From Candidatus Moraniibacteriota bacterium (GTDB lineage Bacteria; Patescibacteriota; Minisyncoccia; Moranbacterales; DUUL01): DNA of 64,000 nucleotides. The notes below the pieces were generated by a model, which made no database searches, was not told the DNA's origin, and worked only from the letters and a program-made list of their open reading frames with translations. The stretch covers positions 274 through 64,273 of the forward strand of contig JBFHFF010000002.1 in NCBI GenBank assembly GCA_041583775.1. Direction: 5' to 3'. Made by a program: the position numbers and the translations under genes. Of this stretch, positions 9,782 through 19,622 are shown one piece after another (the first letter of the stretch is position 1; each line of letters starts with the position of its first letter).

Positions 9782-10387
9782 CTAAGGAATATTTCTTGGC
9801 CTAACCATTGTTTCTATCATCATTGAATCTGGAGCTTGATTTATGTCTATATTTGCGTAGACTCTAATTCTAACTAGCTCCACTTCATTAAAATTAAATT
9901 CTCCAGTCAAAGGAGTTTCTCCATCTTCTTGGTAGTAATAAAAAAGTGGCATAGCAAGAGTTTTATTAACAACACCGCCACCAATCGTCCTCACCGAAGA
10001 TGATCCACTAAGGTATGATGGTGGATTTTGAGTTAAATCAGGTTCAATAATTTCAAGCTCTAAATATCCCCCCAACAGAGAGTATGTCAGCTTTTCCGCA
10101 AAACTATCGTTGTCAATATCGGCATAAAAAGCCATTGAATATTCATCGCATTTGCTAAGCAAATAACTACCATCCTCTGCCTGACGAGCCTCTCTAAGAT
10201 TAGCAGAAAAACTTCTCAAAGAAGTTTGCAAAACAGACAAATTTAAGCCCTGCTCAATAAGATAACCGTTAATACTGAAAGTTCTTATAATAAAAAGCGA
10301 GAGCACCCCCAATAAAATAATCATTATAGAAATCGTAACAATCATCTCCACTAAAGACAGCCCTTTTTTATTTTTAGATATTCTCAT
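9782..10387 (-). CDS. Prepilin-type minor pilin (PilW-like)
   Basis: KKG|LSLVE methylation motif. Confidence 0.85.
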   Translation of the reverse strand: MRISKNKKGLSLVEMIVTISIMIILLGVLSLFIIRTFSINGYLIEQGLNLSVLQTSLRSFSANLREARQAEDGSYLLSKCDEYSMAFYADIDNDSFAEKLTYSLLGGYLELEIIEPDLTQNPPSYLSGSSSVRTIGGGVVNKTLAMPLFYYYQEDGETPLTGEFNFNEVELVRIRVYANIDINQAPDSMMIETMVRPRNIP

Positions 10388-10438
10388 AAGAACATTTTTT
10401 TAAATTTAATTTTACAAATTAATAAATAAGAGCAAATG

Positions 10439-11776
10439 CTATTCAATTAAAGTTAACATTATTTCTTCCAGAGTGAAAGCACTCACAGTTGTAGTCACAG
10501 ATTGATCATAATAACCATCTGCATTAATTTCAATATCATAATCACCTGCAATTAATTCTTCAAAAACATCGCCTTCATCAAATCTAAAAAATGCAAATCC
10601 CAAAGAATCACTCAAAACAGTTCGGTCATAGTCTATATCGGTATTTTGAAGCCTAACAGAGGCGTCTTGCACTGGTGCGTTGTCACTATCGTCCTTTATC
10701 TTTACTAACAGTGAATTCTTAAGTTCATCTACAAAGATCAATTTCATAGTGTCGCTTATTCCTGCACTCAAAGCAAAAGGATATTTTCCGTCTTCAACTC
10801 CAATAAATTCATACCCTGACTTTCCCACAGTATCAATATTTGCAAGTCTGTAATTACCAGGGTTCATTTTTAAATCTAAATTTTCATTATTTTTATAATC
10901 TATATTTCCAGAAGCGTCTGTTTCTTGAGGATTTCCCGTATCATCATAAGAATAAGTATCAGGATCATTGCCAGTTTTTTGTCCTCCAAAAAGTTCAACT
11001 TCGACACTAGAAATACCATCCCCTTCTTCATCTATAGCGCTGACAACCAAATTTGATGTTCTACTAAGAGAAAAATAACGCAGTGCAGAATCATTTTCAT
11101 TTGTTAATAAAATGTTTTTATAAATCGGATCGAATGGAAGACTTGTTCCACTAGCATCATAAGTATTTAATGTCCCATAGCCATTTTTAGAAATAACAGC
11201 CTGATACTCTTTATTGTCTCCATCAACACCATAAAATAATACATTCCCATTTTCATCATCCGTCAGTTGAGAAGCTTTTAATCCGCTAGAAATTTCAGTT
11301 AATTCAACTAATGCTCCACTTAGTGGAGCATAGGAATTACTGTCATAAGTGTTTATAAATATTGTACCATGAGCTATCCCCGTAGAAGAAAAATTATTAG
11401 CAAAATAAACATTTCTTTCTTTCCCTCTATTCATCCAAGATACTTTTACTCTTAGTTGCTTATAATCACCTTCTCCATTAACTCCGTTCTCAAAATCATC
11501 AATCATAATAACAGAGGTCTCAATGTCATATGTAAAACCACTTCTTTCAATGCTCGCTACATTGGGAGGATCAATGATTGGGATATTTTCATAGCTAAAA
11601 TTTCTATAATATTCAATTCTTTCAGTTGATAAAGCTATTGCCCCCATGCGTTGCTTTGCATCAGCCATAATCCCTATCGTCTGAACAAAAATAGCATAAA
11701 CACTTGTCGTAATAACTCCCACTAAAAAAACACCTATTATGACCTCAATTATTGTCACACCTCTTTTGTCTTTCAT
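10439..11776 (-). CDS. Prepilin-type protein (PilV-like) with carboxypeptidase-regulatory-like beta domains
   Basis: KRG|VTIIE, YKQLRVKVSW, repeated P(L/V)xxAxV.L...TDxxG modules. Confidence 0.85.
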   Translation of the reverse strand: MKDKRGVTIIEVIIGVFLVGVITTSVYAIFVQTIGIMADAKQRMGAIALSTERIEYYRNFSYENIPIIDPPNVASIERSGFTYDIETSVIMIDDFENGVNGEGDYKQLRVKVSWMNRGKERNVYFANNFSSTGIAHGTIFINTYDSNSYAPLSGALVELTEISSGLKASQLTDDENGNVLFYGVDGDNKEYQAVISKNGYGTLNTYDASGTSLPFDPIYKNILLTNENDSALRYFSLSRTSNLVVSAIDEEGDGISSVEVELFGGQKTGNDPDTYSYDDTGNPQETDASGNIDYKNNENLDLKMNPGNYRLANIDTVGKSGYEFIGVEDGKYPFALSAGISDTMKLIFVDELKNSLLVKIKDDSDNAPVQDASVRLQNTDIDYDRTVLSDSLGFAFFRFDEGDVFEELIAGDYDIEINADGYYDQSVTTTVSAFTLEEIMLTLIE

Positions 11777-12036
11777 TTGTCCCCTTTTTTATATTGTTTT
11801 CTAATATATTTTCATTATATCATTATATTTGTTTTTTTAAAAAATATTACAGAACATAATCCAAGCCACATTTAATATGCCTTGTTATGAACTTTTTTTA
11901 TTTTTCCAATTCTCTTTTATATCAATTTAAAAAACATCATTCAAATATATAAATTTTCAAAAAAATATAAGAAAAATTAAAAAAATGGAGTATAATAAAA
12001 ATTGTGAAACAAATATAAAAATAATTTTAAATATAT

Positions 12037-14385
12037 ATGAAGGAACATAAAGGACTTACTCAAGAAAAAGCTAAGATACTCCAGCAGAAAAATGGTCTAA
12101 ACGAAATTAAAGAAAAAAAGGTTGCTTTTGTTTTAAAATTTACAAAATGGTTAGTCTCCCCCGTTGCTTTAATGCTTTTAGCCACAGCAATTCTTTCATT
12201 GTTAATTGAAAAAAATTTCGATTTCTATTTTATTGTTTTTCTAATGTTGCTTAATTTTTCTATCAGTTTCTGGCAAGAGAAAAAGGCTGATAATGCGATT
12301 GAAAAGCTAAGCAAACAACTTGCTATTGATGTGAAAGTCTTGCGAGATCGAGAATGGAAATTACTAAACTCCAAATACCTTGTTGCTGGTGATATCATTG
12401 AGCTTAATATGGGAGATATAATCCCAGCTGATATTAAAATTATTGAAGAAAAAAATTTAAGCATCAATGAAGCCGCTCTTACAGGTGAATCGTTGTCAAA
12501 AGAAAAAAAAGAAAATGATACCTGTTTTTCTGGCTCGTTTATCTCCATAGGCTGGACCAAGGCAATGGTTGTTGCCACTGGAAAGAAAACTTATTTTGGA
12601 AATATATTAACTTCTATTGATAAAACATACAAAAAAAGTTCTCTTGAAAATGACATTCTAAGTATCTCTAAGTGGCTAATCTCACTTAGTTTATTAGCTG
12701 CAATAATCCTCACCACAGTTTTTCTGTTCGAAGGAAAACCTTTGTTAGAAATCCTCACTTTGAATTTAAGCCTTCTTGTTGCTGGAATTCCAATCAGCTT
12801 GCCAACTGTTATGACCCTTATTATAAGTTTTGGTGTTGTGGGATTAGCTAAAAAAAAGGTAATCGTGAGACGATTGTCATCACTCAAAGATTTGGCAAAC
12901 GCCAATCTACTACTCACTGACAAAACTGGAACTTTAACAAAAAACAAAATATCCGTTGAAAAAATAATCTCCTATAATGGTTATTCAGAAAACGAAGCTC
13001 TTATTTTGGCATCATTCACAACTCATGAAAATGATCGGAGTCCTATTAGTTTGGCTATCCTAGAAAAAACAAAATCGCTAAAAACAAATCTCAAACACAA
13101 AATAATCGATTTTTCGCCTTTTGACTCTGAACGAAAAAGAAGTTCTGCAAAAGTTTTTTTTAAAAACAAAAATTTATCCATTAGAAGTGGCGCCACTCAA
13201 GTTATTCAATCTTTTTGCAATTTAGATGAAGGTGTTTCCAAAAAATTCGAAAATGATGTCTTGGCTGCTGCGGAAAAAGGCTATCGTACGATAGCTGTTT
13301 CTGTTAAAGATTACTCTACTGGAGAAAAAGAGATGAAACTTTGTGGTCTCTTGTTTTTCTCTGATTCGCTAGTAACTGGAGCAAAAAAAACCATCAAATT
13401 CATAAAAGAAAATGGTATAAAAACAAAAATGCTAACAGGCGATCACATTTTAATTGCTGAACGGATTGCAAAAAATTTAGGCCTTATCGGAAAAACTGTC
13501 AGCCCGGAAAGTTTTGGGAAAAAATTTGAAAATTTGACACCCGAAGAATTTGAAGATATTGGTGTTTTCGCAGAGATATCGCCTATTGATAAATATGATA
13601 TTGTTAAGTTTGCTCAAGATAAATATGTTGTTGCTGTAACTGGAGATGGAGTTAATGACCTCCCTGCCCTCAAGAAAGCTGATGTTAGTATTGCTGTGAA
13701 AAATGCCGTTGACGCCCTAAAAAGCTCAGCTGATATAAATCTTATGGGTAGTGGCGTTTCTGTGATCTGTGATGCAATCATTGAATCTAGAAAAATTTTT
13801 GAGAGACTTTATTCTTATTCTGTTTATAGAATTTCTGAGAGTTTTAGAATTGTTTTAACAATCACAATTTTGGGAATTTTCTACGGAACATATCCTTTAT
13901 TGCCAATTCAACTAATTTTATTAGCACTTCTAAATGATATACCAATTATTTCGCTTGCATTCAACAGAGTTAAAATAGCAACAAAACCATCAAAAATAAA
14001 TGCCCGGGCTAGACTCAAGATGAGTGCCCTGTTTGGTTTTGTTGGAGTAATTAACAGTATTTTATTTGTAGCAATTCTAAGAAATATTCTACACTTTAAC
14101 TGGGACATTATTCAAACACTATTCTTCTTGAAATTAACTGTATCTGGGCATATGCTAATCTATATTGCTCATATCAAAGAGCGCTGGTATAAATATCTTC
14201 CAAGCATACAGGTGATTTGGGCAACTGGAACCACTCAAATTATAGCGACAGTTTTTGCTGCAACGGGAATCTTCATGACCAGAGTCTCTTTTGGGTGGAT
14301 AATTTTTGTTTGGCTCTGGGCACTTCTATGGATGCAAGTATCGGAATATACAAAAAGTTTAAGTAAACAGATCCCGTCAAAATAA
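12037..14385 (+). CDS. P-type ATPase, P3A (plasma-membrane H+-ATPase) type
   Basis: TGES, GIPISLPTV, DKTGTLT, MLTGD, TGDGVND, LALLNDIP (TM6 Asp). Confidence 0.85.
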   Translation: MKEHKGLTQEKAKILQQKNGLNEIKEKKVAFVLKFTKWLVSPVALMLLATAILSLLIEKNFDFYFIVFLMLLNFSISFWQEKKADNAIEKLSKQLAIDVKVLRDREWKLLNSKYLVAGDIIELNMGDIIPADIKIIEEKNLSINEAALTGESLSKEKKENDTCFSGSFISIGWTKAMVVATGKKTYFGNILTSIDKTYKKSSLENDILSISKWLISLSLLAAIILTTVFLFEGKPLLEILTLNLSLLVAGIPISLPTVMTLIISFGVVGLAKKKVIVRRLSSLKDLANANLLLTDKTGTLTKNKISVEKIISYNGYSENEALILASFTTHENDRSPISLAILEKTKSLKTNLKHKIIDFSPFDSERKRSSAKVFFKNKNLSIRSGATQVIQSFCNLDEGVSKKFENDVLAAAEKGYRTIAVSVKDYSTGEKEMKLCGLLFFSDSLVTGAKKTIKFIKENGIKTKMLTGDHILIAERIAKNLGLIGKTVSPESFGKKFENLTPEEFEDIGVFAEISPIDKYDIVKFAQDKYVVAVTGDGVNDLPALKKADVSIAVKNAVDALKSSADINLMGSGVSVICDAIIESRKIFERLYSYSVYRISESFRIVLTITILGIFYGTYPLLPIQLILLALLNDIPIISLAFNRVKIATKPSKINARARLKMSALFGFVGVINSILFVAILRNILHFNWDIIQTLFFLKLTVSGHMLIYIAHIKERWYKYLPSIQVIWATGTTQIIATVFAATGIFMTRVSFGWIIFVWLWALLWMQVSEYTKSLSKQIPSK

Positions 14386-14476
14386 CTAGAAAGATTTTAT
14401 ACACATAGGTTAAGAAAGATTACTTTTTTGTAACTCCATTGTTAAATTAAAAAATATTAAAGACACAACAAGTCTA

Positions 14477-16237
14477 ATGCGAAAAAAAATATTTAAAAAA
14501 AACAACCAAACATTCCCATCTCGGACTCTTTTTGGATTGCTTCCTAGATATTCAAGTTTGGTGGCTACAATAATAGCGCTCACCATCTTCGTAAATGGCT
14601 TAGGAATACTAATCCCAAAAATAATTTCCCGAGCAATTGATGATTATACGGGTGACAGTTTTTCGATGATAAATTTGATTATCGAATTTTCGCTGATAAC
14701 TTTTTTTATTTTCATATTCACATATTTACAAAACATTTTTCAAGTTTTGACATCTGAACGCGTTGCGAGAGATATGAGAAATGATATTTTTTCAAAACTA
14801 TCAAAACAGTCCCCTGCCTACATTGAAAGTGCCACCTCTATGAAACTTTTGACAAATCTAACATCCGATGTAGATGCAGTAAAAAACTTTGTTTCAATAG
14901 CAATTTCATCAATAGTTTCGTCCGTATTTTTAATTATCGGAGTATCCATAATGCTTATTATTACCGATTGGAAACTTGCACTAACAGTTCTTTCGGTTAT
15001 GCCAATTATTGCAACTACCTTCTTTTTTATATTAAGAAGGGTGCGTGTCTTATTCACTAAATCTCAAGAAGTAATTGACTGGCTCAATAAAGTTATTAGC
15101 GAAAGCATTCTTGGGTCAGCCCTAATTCGTTTGCTCAACTCTCAGAATAATGAAAAAAAGAAATTTCTGAAAGCTTCAAAAGAGGCACTGGATATTAGCT
15201 TTAAAATATTAAAACTTCTTTCAACGCTCATTCCCTCAATTCATTTTCTCACTAATATTGCAACGCTTGTAATTGTTTTTTTGGGAGGTTATTTTGTTAT
15301 ACAAGGCGAAATGTCTCTCGGAAATTTTACTGCATTTAATAGCTACCTTACTATTTTAATTTTTCCAATACTTATACTTGGGTTTATTAGTAATGTTATA
15401 GCACAGGCACAAGCTTCTTATGAGCGTATCTTAAAAGTGCTTTCTACTCCCATTGAAGAAAAAGATGGAAAATTAAAAAAAGATCTTTTGGGCAATATTG
15501 AAATGAAAAATATCAACATCGTTCTAAACGAAAAACCTATCCTTAAAAATATTTCCTTTTCCATAAAAGCTGGGAGCAAAACAGCACTAGTTGGTCCTAC
15601 TGCTGCTGGAAAAACACAACTTCTATATTTACTATCTGGATTAACAACGCCAGCGTCTGGCGAAATATTTTTTGATAACAAACAAGTAGTTGAATATGAA
15701 AAACAATGCTTACGCAACCAAATTGGTTTTGTTTTTCAAGACAGCTCTCTTTTCAATTTAAGTTTGCGCGAAAATATTTCTTTCAACAATACAGTAAAAG
15801 ACACTGATCTCAATAAAGCAATTGAAACTGCTGAATTAAAAGAATATGTTGATTCTTTACCAAAAAAATTAGACACTATTGTCTCAGAAAAGGGCACCAG
15901 TCTTTCAGGCGGTCAAAAACAAAGAATCATTCTAGCTAGAGCACTCGCATTAAATCCAAAAATATTATTACTCGACGATTTCACGGCCAGAATTGACAAC
16001 AATACTGAAAGAAAAATTTTAAACAATATTGCTAAAAATTATCCTCAAATAACGATTTTGTCTGTCACTCAAAAAATCTATTCTGTAAAAAACTACGATC
16101 AAATAATTTTACTTATGGAAGGTGAAATTTTAGCAAAAGGAACTCACAAACAACTAATTTGTACATCACCAGAATATGTTCAAATCTTTCATTCTCAAAA
16201 AAGTACTAACCAATATGAAATAGACAATGAAAAATAA
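14477..16237 (+). CDS. ABC exporter half, degenerate-site subunit
   Basis: 6 TM + NBD; GPTAAGKT, LSGGQ, Walker B LLLDD, switch Q instead of H. Confidence 0.9.
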   Translation: MRKKIFKKNNQTFPSRTLFGLLPRYSSLVATIIALTIFVNGLGILIPKIISRAIDDYTGDSFSMINLIIEFSLITFFIFIFTYLQNIFQVLTSERVARDMRNDIFSKLSKQSPAYIESATSMKLLTNLTSDVDAVKNFVSIAISSIVSSVFLIIGVSIMLIITDWKLALTVLSVMPIIATTFFFILRRVRVLFTKSQEVIDWLNKVISESILGSALIRLLNSQNNEKKKFLKASKEALDISFKILKLLSTLIPSIHFLTNIATLVIVFLGGYFVIQGEMSLGNFTAFNSYLTILIFPILILGFISNVIAQAQASYERILKVLSTPIEEKDGKLKKDLLGNIEMKNINIVLNEKPILKNISFSIKAGSKTALVGPTAAGKTQLLYLLSGLTTPASGEIFFDNKQVVEYEKQCLRNQIGFVFQDSSLFNLSLRENISFNNTVKDTDLNKAIETAELKEYVDSLPKKLDTIVSEKGTSLSGGQKQRIILARALALNPKILLLDDFTARIDNNTERKILNNIAKNYPQITILSVTQKIYSVKNYDQIILLMEGEILAKGTHKQLICTSPEYVQIFHSQKSTNQYEIDNEK

Positions 16238-18017
16238 AAATATGAGATATTCACTTATTAAAGAAACAGAAAAAACAAAGAAAGATAAGGGTGTTTTAAT
16301 AGCTTCTTATCAAAGACTTTTTCCGCTTATGACCAAGGAAAAAAAATCTGTAACAATTTCTATGATTGCTACTTTAATAAATGCAATCACTTCCCTTCTT
16401 ATCCCTTTTATCATAGCCCACATAGTCGACACTTATATAGCAAATAAAAATTTTTATGGAATTATTTCTATCTCTATACTTCTTCTTATTATTATTGTTT
16501 TTGGTTTTATTTCAAATTATATACAAATTATAAATATGGGTGGTGTTGGTAGGAGGTTACTTTTCAATTTACGAAATAAGATATTTGATAAATTGCAAGA
16601 TTTACCAGTTGCTTTTTTTAATCAAAACAAAGCTGGAGATCTAATTTCACGCATAAATAATGACACAGATAAATTAAACCAATTTTTCTCTCAAGCATTA
16701 ATGCAATTTATTGGTAGTATTTTCATTGTGATTAGTACTGGTATTTTTATTCTTTTTATTAATTTAAAACTTGGAGTTGTCGCACTTTTGCCTGCATTTT
16801 TAGCCCTAATCATAACTCAAATTCTTTCTCCTTGGGTAAAAAGAGCCAACCTTAAAAGTCTCGACTCCTTAGGTTCTATGAGTGCGGAAATAAAAGAAAG
16901 CATCGAGAATTTCAAGGTAATAGTTGCTTTTAATCGTATTGATTATTTAAAAGACAAATTTAGCAAAGTTAATGAAAAAAATTATTCAGCATCAGTCTCA
17001 TCTGGTATCGCAAATAATATATTTAATCCTATTTATGTATTCGCTTCCTCATCAGCTCAACTCTCAGTGCTAGCTTATGGAATATATTTAATCTCGACAG
17101 AAAATTTTTCCATTGGCCTATTAATTGGTTTTTTACTTTATGTTAATAATTTCTATAACCCACTCCGACAACTTGCATCTGTTTGGTCCTCACTTCAACT
17201 AGCGCTTGCAGCATTAGATAGAATTTCTGAGGTATTGAAGTTGGAGTCTAATTTAAAAATAAAACCAAACAAAGAAATAAAGAAAATTGTTTCATCAGAT
17301 ATTATAATGGAATTTAAAAATGTATCCTTTAATTACCAGGGAGATAAAGATGTTTTAAGGGATATTAATTTCAAACTCAGAAAAGGAAAAACTTATGCAC
17401 TTGTTGGGCCTACCGGAGGAGGGAAAACAACAACTGCTTCTTTAATGGCTCGTCTTTACGATCCAACCAAGGGATCCGTATATTTAGATGGAAAAAATAT
17501 TCAATGCTACAAACCAGCGGAGAAAGTAAAAAAAATTGGTTTTATTTTGCAAGAGCCTTTTTTGTTCAATGGCACAATACGCGAAAATATTTTATACGGA
17601 AATATTGCCTACTCAAAATACACTAACGCTGAATTAACAAATGTTTTAAAAGAAAGAAATCTAGCTAAACTAGTTTCAAAATTTTCTGATGGGCTTAATA
17701 CAAAAGTTTTTTCAAATGGTGATTCTATAAGTCTAGGACAAAAACAATTAATCGCTTTTATTCGGGTAGTTTTACGAGACCCCGACATGTTAATTCTGGA
17801 TGAGGCAACTGCAAATATTGACACTGTTACCGAACAACTTTTAGAAAAAATTATAAATCAATTACCAAAAAAAACTACCAAAGTAATTATCGCGCACCGT
17901 CTTAATACAATCGAACACGCTGATGAAATATTTTTCATAAACTCCTCCAAAATAACACAAGCTGGCTCAATGCAAGATGCAGTTGATATGTTATTGCATA
18001 ATAAAAGAAATAGTTAA
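16227..18017 (+). CDS. ABC exporter half, consensus-site subunit
   Basis: GPTGGGKT, ISLGQ, LILDEAT, IAHR; TM287/288-type heterodimer with the upstream gene. Confidence 0.9.
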   Translation: MKNKNMRYSLIKETEKTKKDKGVLIASYQRLFPLMTKEKKSVTISMIATLINAITSLLIPFIIAHIVDTYIANKNFYGIISISILLLIIIVFGFISNYIQIINMGGVGRRLLFNLRNKIFDKLQDLPVAFFNQNKAGDLISRINNDTDKLNQFFSQALMQFIGSIFIVISTGIFILFINLKLGVVALLPAFLALIITQILSPWVKRANLKSLDSLGSMSAEIKESIENFKVIVAFNRIDYLKDKFSKVNEKNYSASVSSGIANNIFNPIYVFASSSAQLSVLAYGIYLISTENFSIGLLIGFLLYVNNFYNPLRQLASVWSSLQLALAALDRISEVLKLESNLKIKPNKEIKKIVSSDIIMEFKNVSFNYQGDKDVLRDINFKLRKGKTYALVGPTGGGKTTTASLMARLYDPTKGSVYLDGKNIQCYKPAEKVKKIGFILQEPFLFNGTIRENILYGNIAYSKYTNAELTNVLKERNLAKLVSKFSDGLNTKVFSNGDSISLGQKQLIAFIRVVLRDPDMLILDEATANIDTVTEQLLEKIINQLPKKTTKVIIAHRLNTIEHADEIFFINSSKITQAGSMQDAVDMLLHNKRNS

Positions 18018-18033
18018 ACTAATCTAAATAATG

Positions 18034-18062
18034 AAAAATACTCATTTTAAGGGTATTTTTTT
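18034..18062 (+). terminator. Intrinsic terminator
   Basis: AAAAATACTC...GGGTATTTTT with T-run. Confidence 0.6.
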
Positions 18063-18215
18063 ATTATTTAGATTGTTTTTTATTTAAATTTTATTTTTTT
18101 ATTTTGGGTATTTCCTTTTTTTATCAACAAATAACTTGACTACCACCTATAATTAGGATAAAATATAAGGCTAATAGAAAATCTATTTTAAGCCGCAAGC
18201 TAAAGAATTTAGCAT

Positions 18216-19583
18216 ATGAATTGGACCCAAGAAAAAGGTAGGGAACAAAATTTTACACAAAATATTTCAACTGATTTTGTGAAAATTGCTTGGCGAGAAA
18301 TTTTCTACAAAACGGGGATAATTTTGTTTGGTTTAATTTTTCTGTTTCTGATAATCTTACTTAAATCAAAAACAACCGCCGACTTCTCAATCGAGCCCTA
18401 TCTTTTTTCTTATGCTATCTTTGTTACGGCCTTTATTTTTTCCAGACTTATTTCGGCTATGTTATATGAAAGTTCTTATGATAGTTTATTGGAGGAAGGA
18501 GAACGCTTGAGACAAAAAGATGAGAAATATGAGCCCCGAATAGCCTTTATAATACCTTGCAAAAATGAAGAAAAAGACATACGCAATACTATAGAGCAAT
18601 GCTATAGGGCCAATTATCCAAAACATAAAACTGAAATTGTTGTTATAAATGATGGTAGTACTGACAACACTTTAAATATTTTATTAGATTTGCAAAAAGA
18701 ATATCCAAATTTAAAAATAATTAACTGGGTAAAAAATCGAGGAAAACGCAGAGCAATGGTTGAAGGATTTGAAAAAACCAATGGCGATATTGTAATCCAA
18801 TTAGACAGTGATAGCTACATTGAACCATCAACAATAAAAGATCTGATTGAACCTTTTAAAAATCCAAAAGTGTCAGCAGTTTGTGCAAGTGGCGAACCAA
18901 CAAATGCCAACAAAAATCTAATAACAAAGATGCAAGCAGCATATTATTTTATGTCTTTTAGAATTCTTAAATCAGCAGAGTCAACTTATGATACTGTTTT
19001 TTGTTGCAGTGGATGTTGTTCGGCATATAGGAAAGAAACGGTTATGCCAATTTTATATCCTTGGTTAGAAGAAAAATTTTTGGGATTGCCAGTAACTTGG
19101 GGTGATGATCGTGCTCTAACTAGTTGGTTGCTTAAAATAGGCACCAAAACAATTTTTAATGATAAAGCAATCGCCTATACTGTGGTTCCTGACAATCTTA
19201 AGACTCTTTTAGTTCAACAATTGCGCTGGAAAAAATCATGGCTAGTTAATTTCTTTATCACAAGTAGGTTCATCTTCAAAAAACAACCATTTGTAAGTTT
19301 TTTTTACTATTTTCCTTTAGTATTCATTTCTCTTGTAACTCCAATAATGACTTTTCGCGCACTTATTTTTATCCCTTTAACCAAAGGGGTTCTGCCTCTC
19401 TACCACATCCTAGGCATTCTCCTATTAACAGCAATGATTGCTATGTATTATCGATTACTCGATAAGAATAATAAGTTTTGGCCGTATCTTTTTCTCTGGT
19501 CTTTATTTAATTTATTCATTCTTTCTTTCATAATAGTCTGGGCAGCAATCAGAATTCAAGACCGCGGATGGGGAACAAGATAA
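18216..19583 (+). CDS. Processive GT2 synthase, hyaluronan synthase/NodC-like
   Basis: NDGSTD, GKRRA, DSDS, CCSGCCSAYR, GDDRALT, QQLRWKKSW, WGTR terminus, N- and C-terminal TMs. Confidence 0.85.
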   Translation: MNWTQEKGREQNFTQNISTDFVKIAWREIFYKTGIILFGLIFLFLIILLKSKTTADFSIEPYLFSYAIFVTAFIFSRLISAMLYESSYDSLLEEGERLRQKDEKYEPRIAFIIPCKNEEKDIRNTIEQCYRANYPKHKTEIVVINDGSTDNTLNILLDLQKEYPNLKIINWVKNRGKRRAMVEGFEKTNGDIVIQLDSDSYIEPSTIKDLIEPFKNPKVSAVCASGEPTNANKNLITKMQAAYYFMSFRILKSAESTYDTVFCCSGCCSAYRKETVMPILYPWLEEKFLGLPVTWGDDRALTSWLLKIGTKTIFNDKAIAYTVVPDNLKTLLVQQLRWKKSWLVNFFITSRFIFKKQPFVSFFYYFPLVFISLVTPIMTFRALIFIPLTKGVLPLYHILGILLLTAMIAMYYRLLDKNNKFWPYLFLWSLFNLFILSFIIVWAAIRIQDRGWGTR

Positions 19584-19622
19584 AACTATACTTCCCAACT
19601 GTAATTAGTAATTTCTAAAAAT

